A stretch of DNA of 64,000 nucleotides, taken from NCBI GenBank assembly GCA_017625465.1, contig JAGAKS010000016.1, positions 221,104-285,103 on the forward strand. Reading direction: 5' to 3'. Positions 55,263 through 64,000 of this stretch are shown here, in pieces; position 1 is the stretch's first letter, and each line of letters opens with the position of its first letter. The position numbers and the translations under genes are program-made. Below the pieces are notes generated by a model. The model saw only the letters and a list, made by a program, of their open reading frames with translations. It was not told the DNA's origin and made no database searches. This stretch comes from Clostridia bacterium (GTDB taxonomy: Bacteria > Bacillota > Clostridia > TANB77 > CAG-508).

Positions 55263-56645
55263 TTAGAATTCTAATTTTGAAGATATATAAGCTGGAACTT
55301 CTTCTATTTTTATTCTTACTTGTTCCATTGTATCTCTATCTCTTACAGTAACACATCCGTCATTTTCTGTTTCAAAATCTACTGTAATACAATATGGAGT
55401 ACCTATTTCATCTTCTCTTCTATATCTTTTTCCTATACTTCCAGCTTCATCATAGTCACACATAAAGCTTTTTGAAAGTTCTGCATATATATCAGAAGCT
55501 TTATCACTTAATTTCTTTGAAAGTGGTAAAATAGCTGCTTTATATGGAGCTAATGCTGGATGTAAATGAAGAACAACTCTTGTATCTCCTTCTCCAACTG
55601 TTTCTTCTTCATAGCTATTACAAAGAAAAGCTAAAGCAACTCTATCGCATCCAAGTGATGGTTCTATACAATAAGGAATGTATCTTTCATTTGTTTCTGG
55701 ATCTAGATATGTCATATCTTCTTTTGAATATTCTTGATGTTGTTTTAAATCAAAATCTGTTCTATCTGCAATTCCCCAAAGTTCGCCCCATCCAAATGGG
55801 AAGGTAAACTCAATATCTGTTGTTGCATTGCTATAATGAGAAAGTTCTGCTTGCTCGTGGTCTCTTAATCTGATATTTTCTGGCTTCATTCCTAAATTTA
55901 AAAGCCAATTTTTGCAATAATCTTTCCAATAAGCATGCCATTCTAAATCTGTTCCTGGCTTGCAGAAAAATTCAAGCTCCATTTGTTCAAACTCTCTAGT
56001 TCTAAAAGTAAAGTTTCCTGGTGTAATTTCATTTCTAAAAGATTTTCCTATTTGAGCAATACCCATTGGCATTTTTCTTCTTGTTGTTCTTAAAACATTT
56101 TTAAAGTTTACAAATATACCTTGTGCCGTTTCAGGTCTTAAATAAATTTCTGCTTTTGCATCTTCTGTAACACCTTGATATGTTTTGAACATCAAGTTGA
56201 ATTTTCTAATTTCTGTGAAATTATGTTTTCCACAGTTTGGGCAATCTATTTTGTTGTCGTCCATAAATTTTATCATTTCACTATCAGACATTCCATCTGC
56301 AATCATATCTTTTCCATTTGCATGAGCCCATTCTTCAATAAGTTTATCTGCTCTATGACGTGTTTTACATTCTTTACAGTCTATAAGTGGATCACTAAAT
56401 CCTCCAACATGTCCTGATGCAACCCAAGTTTGCGGATTCATTAAAATTGCTGCATCTAATCCTACATTGTATTTTGTTTCTTGAACAAATTTTTTAAACC
56501 ATGCCTTTTTTATGTTGTTTTTTAATTCTACTCCTAAAGGACCATAATCCCAAGAGTTTGCTAATCCTCCGTAAATTTCAGAGCCTGGATATACATATCC
56601 TCTAGCTTTGCATAAGTTTACAATTTTTTCCATTGATTCTACCAT
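55263..56645 (-). CDS. glyQS: Glycine-tRNA ligase (homodimeric alpha2 type)
   Basis: [45 protein letters not shown]. Confidence 0.96.
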   Translation of the reverse strand: MVESMEKIVNLCKARGYVYPGSEIYGGLANSWDYGPLGVELKNNIKKAWFKKFVQETKYNVGLDAAILMNPQTWVASGHVGGFSDPLIDCKECKTRHRADKLIEEWAHANGKDMIADGMSDSEMIKFMDDNKIDCPNCGKHNFTEIRKFNLMFKTYQGVTEDAKAEIYLRPETAQGIFVNFKNVLRTTRRKMPMGIAQIGKSFRNEITPGNFTFRTREFEQMELEFFCKPGTDLEWHAYWKDYCKNWLLNLGMKPENIRLRDHEQAELSHYSNATTDIEFTFPFGWGELWGIADRTDFDLKQHQEYSKEDMTYLDPETNERYIPYCIEPSLGCDRVALAFLCNSYEEETVGEGDTRVVLHLHPALAPYKAAILPLSKKLSDKASDIYAELSKSFMCDYDEAGSIGKRYRREDEIGTPYCITVDFETENDGCVTVRDRDTMEQVRIKIEEVPAYISSKLEF

Positions 56646-56679
56646 AGTCGGTACCTCCCTTAATTATATTTACTAGAGA

Positions 56680-56878
56680 AAACAAAAACGCTTACTTCTC
56701 TAGCATATTGCTAGGGACGTAAGCGATGCTTGCGCGGTTCCACCCTAATTGGCTTATAGCCCACCTTAATTTATTCTGCTCCAAAGTTCCAAAATATATT
56801 TAGACATTGTTTAGTTCACACTATCCTAAACTCACTTAAAATATCTTTTTAATATATTCCCTCTTTTTCAACGCAACA
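56680..56878 (-). promoter_or_regulatory. T-box riboswitch (glycine)
   Basis: AGGGTGGAACCGCG T-box followed by a terminator; upstream of glyQS; promoter TTGACT-17-TAAAAT at 56895-56923. Confidence 0.88.
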
Positions 56879-56957
56879 TATTTAATATGTATATATTTTA
56901 CAAAAATTGTTTTTCAAAGTCAAGTATTTTTATCATTTTTGTATTATGTTAATTATT

Positions 56958-57015
56958 TTATCCACATTATCCACTTTTGCAAACCTGTGGATAATGTGGA
57001 TAAGTTTGTGGATAA
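56958..57015. promoter_or_regulatory. Cluster of five DnaA boxes
   Basis: TTATCCACA 56958, TTATCCACT 56967, TGTGGATAA 56986, 56995 and 57007. Confidence 0.85.
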
Positions 57016-57127
57016 CTTATATATAGGCGTTTTTCGACATTATTTTGTACACATACTTTATGTTACTTAATTATATAATCTAATTTTCTATTTTTTATGT
57101 GTACAGTATGTATGTTCGCATTAAATA

Positions 57128-59147
57128 TCAGTTTTGGGCAAAATACTCATGTTTTGAATGTTTTGCCTTTTTGTGCATTGTTTTTTTATTTGATTTAAAA
57201 ATATTTTTACGAGTAAAAGTTATTATATAATCCAGTATTAATAATGCAAATAAGAAATATGCTATAAAAGCCGTAACTGTCATTGGTATAACATATCTAT
57301 CTACTGTTGCTCCTAAAGCAGCATAACTCATTACTCCTCCATAAGTTGTTACATACAATATTATTATAAATTGTAATAAATTCATTTTTTCCTGAGTTAT
57401 ATATTTTTTATCACGTAGTATCGTGAAAATTATATACATTACTACTGAACAAACAAGCATTAAAGGTGTATGCCATAAAGCAAGCTCCATTAATGTTATA
57501 AGTCTATGTATATTCGTGTTCATATAACCATTTAATAAACCTGATATTTTATTTTGCTCTATATCGCACTTATATTCTTTTACAAATTGTTCATAATTTT
57601 CATTCACATCTACTAAGTTACTAGTTCCTGGTGTATATATTTTAGATGAGATATTGAAATTTTCCCTTTCATAAGGTGAAAAATCTCCTTCTTTTACAAA
57701 TATTATATTCCAATAATTTTGGTGATAAGAACTATATACTTGTTTTGGATAATGTAATAATACTGTTAGATAAAATTTTAATTGATTTTTAAAACTATCA
57801 TTTTCATTGTAAAAATATACAAAAAATTTATCATCAACTTCATCTTTATATACTTTAAAATATGTATCTTCTAATGTTCCATTCATAATTCTATCTATTT
57901 TTTGATTGTCTGAAACAGAAATTCTATCTCTATTTACAGTTGCTGGTAAAGTTTCTACTTGTAAACCATCACCTATAACAATGCGCTTTTTCTCGTCTTT
58001 AGAAAGTTCTTCAAAATTATATGGTCCAGCAACGCTTTCACCTAAAGCACCTATTATTAATCTATTTTCTATTCTAGTTGCTGCAGTAGCTTTTAATACA
58101 TCAATTCCACTTTTCTCACTATTAGACGTATTTGTTACATTATTATTGGTAGCATTCTGAGCCGATTTATTTTCTTCATCATATACATATTTTTCATATT
58201 CTTCATCAAAACTAAAATGATTATATGCAATTCCTAGTACAACAAACATTAAAATTACCATTGAAATTTTTATTGCTCTTGTAGCATTGTTTTTGTGAGA
58301 AAATAATTGATAAAGCAGAAAACTACCTGCAAAAATAAAAGCAATCGCAAAAATACATAAACATATAAGCTTTATATAAAATTTAAATTCAATAGTTGCA
58401 CCTGCCATAAAGGCACTCCATAGTTTTATACTATATAGAAGTGACAAAGCAACTGAGAATACAGTTAACATTCTATATACAATATTTTTATAATTAAAAT
58501 TATTAATAATTGATAAAAATGCAATTACTAAAATTGGAATAAGTGAAAGCACTACTAAGGATTGCTTTACATGATAAAGTAACACGGTTGTTAATGAAAA
58601 TATAACAGGAACAATAATCATGCCGCACTTTATTTTTTGACCATTTATAATCCATCCAGCACCAGCCCAAAGCACAAATAACTGCAACACTAGTTATTCC
58701 TACAAATTCTGTAAGAGCTGTATGATAATATCCAAAAATCATAGGATTTAAAGCAATAAAAGCACCTACAAACCCAATAAAAGCTAAATTATACAGCTTG
58801 TTTTTTAAAATTCCTAAATTTTTCAACTTTTTGTATATCAAATACATTGAACAAATCATAATACAATAGAAAACAAACATCAGATTAAGCAAACCAGCAA
58901 TATTAGTTTTTCCAAAACTTTGACTTAATTTTATAAGCCATGGAAAACCTATACCTCTATGTGCAATCCAATCTTCTTGCATATTTTCACTTCCTATAAA
59001 AGATGCTAATCCAATATATTCAGTAGAATCCCAAGTAAGATTAAGATTATAACTAAAAAATATGACAGCTAGCACTACTATAATTACTAACAATGCTAGT
59101 ATTTCTTTTATATTATTAATTTGTTTTGTTGATATATTTTTTTTCAC
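57128..59147 (-). CDS. Large multi-pass membrane protein (GT-C-like); one ~672-aa protein via +1 shift at CGGC 58622-58625
   Basis: ..KWSKNKV then CGG; +1 frame G-MIIVPVIFSLTTVLLYHVKQ; the 0 frame continues as a Cys/Ser-rich tail to a stop. Confidence 0.68.
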
Positions 59148-59156
59148 AATTTTCTC

Positions 59157-60203
59157 CTATTTTCTATTTTTATTATATTTTGCAATTTCTTTAAATTTCT
59201 TCTTTTTTTCAGCTAAATACTGCTCTGTATTTTTGGAATATTTTAACTCATTTTTTAACTTTATATATGAGTGAAATCTTTCTTGTGATATTTCACCATT
59301 TTCGATAGCTTCTAAAATTCTACAACCAGGTTCGTTTGTATGCGTACAATCTGTATATTTGCACATACCAATATACTGTTCTATATCTTGAAAAGTTCTG
59401 TCTATTCCTTCTTCAGAATTCCACATTCCAAGTTCTCTCATACCTGGGGTATCAATAATCATCGTACCATTTGGAAGCATTAGTAATTGTCTATTTGTAG
59501 TAGTATGTTTTCCTTTAGAATCGTCTTCTCTAATTTCACTTGTTTTCATTACTTCAGCACCCATAAGAGTATTTACCAAAGTAGATTTTCCCACACCAGA
59601 TGAACCCAAAAACACAAGAGTATTTTTAGGTTTAAAATACTTTTTCAAATTATCTAATCCTTCTCCAGTTTTACAACTTATTGCATAGACATCCACACCT
59701 ATAGCTATATTTTCTACTTGAGTAACATACTCATTTGCGTTTTCTACTAAATCACTCTTGGTAAGAATTATTATTGGAATTCCACCTGATTCCCATGCTA
59801 AGCTCAAATATCTTTCTAGTCTATGTATGTTAAAATCGTTATTCAAAGACTGCATGATAAAAACATAATCAAAATTAGCTGCTACTAATTGTTCATGTTG
59901 TTCATGTAAATCTTTTCTCCTATCATTAGAAGATGCCATCCTTGAAAAAGAACTTTCTCTTTTTATAGTTTCTACAATTCTACTATCTCCACTATCATTC
60001 CAATCTATTAAAACAAAATCTCCTATTGTAGGATAAATTGAATTAGGATTGTCGTAATAACTTCCAGCTTTTAATTTGGCATATCCTTTACCTTTATTGC
60101 ATACAAATTCATATCTTTCTCTGTATGTTGTTATAATTCTTGCTGGCAATAAATCGCCAAAATCTTTATCTACATTTTTAAAACCATATTCTTCTAAATT
60201 CAT
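59157..60203 (-). CDS. rsgA: Ribosome small subunit-dependent GTPase A (long paralog type)
   Basis: TKSDL, GSSGVGKST, KGKHTTT, DTPGMRE, C-x4-C-x-H-x5-C Zn finger. Confidence 0.93.
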   Translation of the reverse strand: MNLEEYGFKNVDKDFGDLLPARIITTYRERYEFVCNKGKGYAKLKAGSYYDNPNSIYPTIGDFVLIDWNDSGDSRIVETIKRESSFSRMASSNDRRKDLHEQHEQLVAANFDYVFIMQSLNNDFNIHRLERYLSLAWESGGIPIIILTKSDLVENANEYVTQVENIAIGVDVYAISCKTGEGLDNLKKYFKPKNTLVFLGSSGVGKSTLVNTLMGAEVMKTSEIREDDSKGKHTTTNRQLLMLPNGTMIIDTPGMRELGMWNSEEGIDRTFQDIEQYIGMCKYTDCTHTNEPGCRILEAIENGEISQERFHSYIKLKNELKYSKNTEQYLAEKKKKFKEIAKYNKNRK

Positions 60204-60231
60204 TGTTTTTACTCCATCTTTTTAATATTTC

Positions 60232-60279
60232 TTAAAAAGATTCTACGGATTCCAATTCACCCATTAAATTATATTTCAA
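60232..60279 (-). CDS. Candidate 15-aa leader peptide (MKYNLMGELESVESF)
   Basis: AGGAGGT RBS 5 nt before TTG; stop lies in a hairpin next to the rsgA RBS. Confidence 0.45.
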   Translation of the reverse strand: MKYNLMGELESVESF

Positions 60280-60455
60280 AAAATACCTCCTTATACCATT
60301 AATATTTATAATTATATCATAAATTATTTTTTTCGTATACAGCAATTTTATAATAAAAAAACAAAATATTATAATTATAATATTTTGTTTTAATCCCATT
60401 ATATTACCATTTTTATCAACTACAACTGTATATGCTGAATTTGTAATAAAATCAC

Positions 60456-60929
60456 CTATTTTGAATGATTTATAATAAGCTCAACCATTTTATCAAAAAT
60501 TTCATTATTTTCTTCTATTAGAATGAATTTATCTTTATATATTAAAAAGAATTCTTTATAATTTCTGCTACAAATACTTATACTATCATTTATAATAATT
60601 TTAAAATTTCCTTCTACATATAATATATTATCTGTATCATAATAATCTTTCACTATTTTATTTCTATAATTGTTCTCTAGTAATTCTATAAATGACTGTT
60701 CTTTAGTTTCAAATTGACAGATTGTTATATTTTCCAAACCAGGATATTCTTTAATACTATGATATTCTTCAAAAAGTGAATTAGTTGGATTATAAGAGAT
60801 AACTACTTTTTCTAATTTATCAAAAGATATATAATATATTGGTGTAATTATTTTATATTTTATAATAAATAAACAACACAAAATAATCAATATAAAAAAT
60901 AAAATAATGATTATGTTTTTTTTGGACAT
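60456..60929 (-). CDS. Hypothetical N-terminally anchored protein, very AT-rich
   Basis: 157-aa ORF with AGGAG RBS and an N-terminal TM helix. Confidence 0.6.
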   Translation of the reverse strand: MSKKNIIIILFFILIILCCLFIIKYKIITPIYYISFDKLEKVVISYNPTNSLFEEYHSIKEYPGLENITICQFETKEQSFIELLENNYRNKIVKDYYDTDNILYVEGNFKIIINDSISICSRNYKEFFLIYKDKFILIEENNEIFDKMVELIINHSK

Positions 60930-61135
60930 AAAATTCTCCTTTATTTCTCAATCCTATTTATATCAAATTGCTTAATTATCTTATTATATATACTTCTAGC
61001 TTATTATTAAAATTCTAAAGATATATTTTTAATTAACATCAATATACATCTATCTAAAATATTTGTCAATCTCTGATTTTCAGTCTTTTTCAAGCTTTTT
61101 TGAACTTTTGGTTCTATAATTTTAGTGGTTCCATG

Positions 61136-61352
61136 TTTTTGAATTATGATTGAATAACGAAAAGCTTTAAAATGTGCTTATTTCAACGGTTTTAAGTATT
61201 CTTGAATAACGATAAAAAAAGATGAATTCGTTTGAATTCATCTTTTTTTGGCTCGGCTAACTACTCTCAACTTGTCTAAAACACTGACAACTACTATATT
61301 TATTTCAATTTGCCCGAGCAAATTCCGAGCAAATTGAATAATGTCAAATAAT
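61136..61352. repeat. att-like direct repeat, copy 1
   Basis: ~135 bp near-identical to 63107-63241, including a 16-bp-arm hairpin and TTTGGCTCGGCT core, then CCGAGCAAAT x2. Confidence 0.85.
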
Positions 61353-61375
61353 TTTTAATATTGTTTTCTAACTTT

Positions 61376-62041
61376 TTAATTATTTTCTTGTAATGTATAT
61401 TCACTAATATCGGGTTCAATAAATACATTATCATCTACATTATTGAACTGATATTCTTTAACATATTCACTACCATCTGCTTCATATTTAATATGTAATC
61501 CCGTATCTTTTTCATAATAATCAGTCATACCACTTCCATCATTTAAAATCATTGGTGATATAAATTCACTGATAGCATAACAATCTTTTCCATTGTATTC
61601 TTCACTTCTTATTTTTGCTATAAAGCAAGCTATAATTGTTTGAAAAATATTTTCTGTTTCTAAATTACTACTTATTTTTTGAGGTTTTAAAGCACTTATT
61701 TCATTTCCTATTCTAACTGTTTTACTCTCTGGTGAAGTAATAAACATTTTTACTGTTCCATTATCATAATATTCTGAAATAGTTACAGAAGATGTACCTT
61801 GAATTCTTTCTAAAATTCTAAGTGCCTTATTTTCCTTTTGATAATACTTTACAATCAATACTTCTTTTCCATTTGTTGTTTGTATATTTTTTACACTATA
61901 ATTAGTAATATTAGCATAATCTTGCATTTTATTTTGTAAATTTGTTATTATCATAAAATTTCTAATTGTGTGGATTGCTATTAACAATAATATAGCTAAT
62001 AGTATTATTAAAATAGTTTTTAAAATTTTTTTCTTTTTCAT
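61376..62041 (-). CDS. Hypothetical membrane-anchored/secreted protein
   Basis: N-terminal TM helix; C-terminal YYEKDTGL..FNNVDDNVFIEPDISEY. Confidence 0.7.
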   Translation of the reverse strand: MKKKKILKTILIILLAILLLIAIHTIRNFMIITNLQNKMQDYANITNYSVKNIQTTNGKEVLIVKYYQKENKALRILERIQGTSSVTISEYYDNGTVKMFITSPESKTVRIGNEISALKPQKISSNLETENIFQTIIACFIAKIRSEEYNGKDCYAISEFISPMILNDGSGMTDYYEKDTGLHIKYEADGSEYVKEYQFNNVDDNVFIEPDISEYTLQENN

Positions 62042-62144
62042 AACTTTTACTCTCCTTTTCATTAGTGCAATCTAGCTTAGAAAACTACAACATTTAGTTC
62101 TTTTATCTTCGCAGACTTCATTTAATATTTAATTTATAATATAA

Positions 62145-62471
62145 TTATGCAACTTTTATTCCAGTATCAATTATTTCTTGTATTAAAGGTGTCTCCACAT
62201 TTTTATAATCTTCAATACTTATTAAATGCGGTTCTATTCTAGTATCTATTTTTCTTCTTAATCTCATTAAATTCAATTCTTCTTCGAAAATATCTAATTT
62301 TATATCATCAGTAATAATTGCAATATCAATATCACTATCTTCATTCCAAGTACCTTTGGCATAAGAACCAAATAGAATCATAGTTTCTATTTGATAGTTT
62401 TCACAAACTTTTTCAACATACTTTCGTACAATTTCCATTATTTCTCTATTTTCAATAAACTTTTCAGCCAT
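62145..62471 (-). CDS. Minimal nucleotidyltransferase (MNT) antitoxin
   Basis: LFGSYAKG..EDSDIDIAII motif. Confidence 0.9.
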   Translation of the reverse strand: MAEKFIENREIMEIVRKYVEKVCENYQIETMILFGSYAKGTWNEDSDIDIAIITDDIKLDIFEEELNLMRLRRKIDTRIEPHLISIEDYKNVETPLIQEIIDTGIKVA

Positions 62472-62842
62472 TTTCTAACCTCCTCTATATTTTTTATTTG
62501 TTCTAATGTATATTCATTTGTACATTTTTCAGCAAATGTTTTTTTATAATCATCATATCTACCATTCATATTAAACCTAGTAAAAGTATCAAATAAATCT
62601 TCCTGTCTTTCAGTAAGTTTTAATCTGTTTTTTTCAGCCAAATAAATTAAATCATGACTTTTAGGTGCATGAGGTGCATTTTTATTATTCTTAGCATATA
62701 AAGCTTTTAATAATTTTTCAATTACCAGATGTCCCATAAATAAACACCATGTATTTTTTTGACCTGCTTTCAAATACATCATTGTATCATAATCCTCATC
62801 TGAACCATTTATCCAAAAATTCATTAAATCAATATTATTCAT
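62438..62842 (-). CDS. HEPN domain protein (toxin of HEPN-MNT pair)
   Basis: LFMGHLVIEKLLKA..PKSHDL..GRY; overlaps MNT. Confidence 0.88.
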   Translation of the reverse strand: MNNIDLMNFWINGSDEDYDTMMYLKAGQKNTWCLFMGHLVIEKLLKALYAKNNKNAPHAPKSHDLIYLAEKNRLKLTERQEDLFDTFTRFNMNGRYDDYKKTFAEKCTNEYTLEQIKNIEEVRKWLKSLLKIEK

Positions 62843-62966
62843 TTGTAATATCTACTCCTTGTATTTATATAATATATTATAACATATTTATTTTATTTTT
62901 CATACATTTTATTAAATAATTATATATACTTTAATATTTATAGCACTTTTGGGCTTTTCTTCTTAT

Positions 62967-63322
62967 CCGTGCAAAATAAATCTTCGAAAATCCCTAAAAG
63001 CATTGATTTATATATAGTTACAAGCATTTTTACAAAATCTTAATCCGTGCAAATTACCCGTGCAGATTCCGTGCAATTTGAAAAAAACGACAAATAATTT
63101 TGAATATTTTTGAATTATGATTGAATAATGAAAAGTTTCAAAGTGTGCTTATTTCAACGGTTTTAAGTATTTTTGAATAACGATAAAAAAAGATGAATTC
63201 GTTTGAATTCATCTTTTTTTGGCTGGGCTGACTACTCTCAAATTTAATATTTCTTTGATATATCAATATTTTTCAAATATAGCTCGTGCACATTCCGTGC
63301 AAATTGAATAATGTTAAATAAT
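62967..63322. repeat. att-like direct repeat, copy 2, with arm-like decamers on both sides
   Basis: CCGTGCA-type decamers at about 62967, 63045, 63058, 63069, 63284 and 63295; conserved block 63107-63241 with TTTGGCTGGGCT core. Confidence 0.85.
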
Positions 63323-63330
63323 CTTATATG

Positions 63331-63642
63331 TTATTTTAAACCTTTTTTTAATCTTTTTAAAACTATTTCAAAGTCCATTTTTGAATGTAATATTGCTAAT
63401 ATAATAATATCTTTCCCATCATTATGATATATCACTTTATGACTTTTATATACTAGTTGTCTAATTTCATAGTTGAAAACTTTATTTTCAATTACTTTGC
63501 CCAAATCTGGCATAGTATTTAAAATATCTATATAATCTACTAATTTACTCATATAATTTTTTGCAGTATTTTCTGTATCAAATCTGGCTGAATCAATAAA
63601 ATCAGTAATATTGGCAATTGCATTATCAGTCCATTTTACCAT
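63331..63642 (-). CDS. RelE/ParE-family toxin
   Basis: VKWTDNA..MPDLGK..IRQLVYKSHKVIY..ILAILHSKMD. Confidence 0.85.
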   Translation of the reverse strand: MVKWTDNAIANITDFIDSARFDTENTAKNYMSKLVDYIDILNTMPDLGKVIENKVFNYEIRQLVYKSHKVIYHNDGKDIIILAILHSKMDFEIVLKRLKKGLK

Positions 63643-63812
63643 TTTTTTATAATCTCCTTCAATTCTTCTGTTGTTTTCATATTACCATTTTCCATATCTT
63701 TGATACCTTTTTGAATTTCTAGTTGCATAATCAAAGTATATAAAATTTCTTCATAAGTTTTCGTATCTTCAATATTATTAACTGTATTTAAAATTAGTTG
63801 TTTATCACTCAT
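63636..63812 (-). CDS. Putative antitoxin (58 aa, not in the ORF track)
   Basis: AGGAGG RBS; MSDKQLILNTV..YEEILY..IQKGIKDMENGNMKTTEELKEIIKKW; overlaps the toxin start. Confidence 0.75.
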   Translation of the reverse strand: MSDKQLILNTVNNIEDTKTYEEILYTLIMQLEIQKGIKDMENGNMKTTEELKEIIKKW

Positions 63813-64000
63813 AATATAGTAACCTCCTTATATTAAAATGGCTCTCTAACTTTGTAGAGAACTCCTCACTTGTTATGGTTCTAGTTATCCTCACTCTTCA
63901 GCTTATTGCTTACTAACCTTGTTTAACATCCATAACCATATTTTATCTTCATATTATTTCTAATATTTCCAATAAGGACAATACCTGTTTTCTATATCTT

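Noticed and set aside
56958-57015. Chromosomal oriC
   Set aside because: No dnaA, dnaN or rpmH nearby and no switch in gene strand bias; kept only as a DnaA-box cluster
60357-60390. Perfect 34-bp AT-rich palindrome as a recombination site
   Set aside because: Single copy just downstream of a gene, with A and T tracts; most simply a terminator
61136-63322. CRISPR array, intact tRNA or 5S rRNA
   Set aside because: Only two long repeats separated by genes; no cloverleaf or full 5S sequence, just a ~10-nt tRNA-end-like core

Overview
AT-rich window from a spore-forming Clostridia-like genome (spoVFA, cotJABC, glmS ribozyme, Gly T-box). Most genes are on the minus strand. It holds housekeeping genes (dxs, pyrE, glmS, obg, trpS, glyQS, rsgA), the S10-spc-alpha ribosomal superoperon without rpmD, an [FeFe]-hydrogenase/GltD-like pair, two ~1000-aa pilin-headed adhesins, an Rpn nuclease, several GT-C-like membrane proteins, an unusual RelA/SpoT-type synthetase, and toxin-antitoxin cassettes separated by att-like repeats. 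Main finding: all seven reading-frame breaks I found (six genes) sit exactly at an in-frame CGG codon. Skipping the C (C-GGN read as Gly) restores each protein, including the prepilin cleavage-site Gly and a Gly-periodic repeat. By manual scan, the only other in-frame CGGs in real genes are two in one foreign-looking GH13 gene. This suggests lineage-wide +1 recoding at CGG. Other candidates are an invertible promoter and a twice-repeated pseudoknot/terminator RNA motif at the pilin locus, an orphan DnaA-box cluster, a leader-peptide attenuator before rsgA, and a tRNA-3'-end-like tandem cassette array. All calls are by eye, without database searches.
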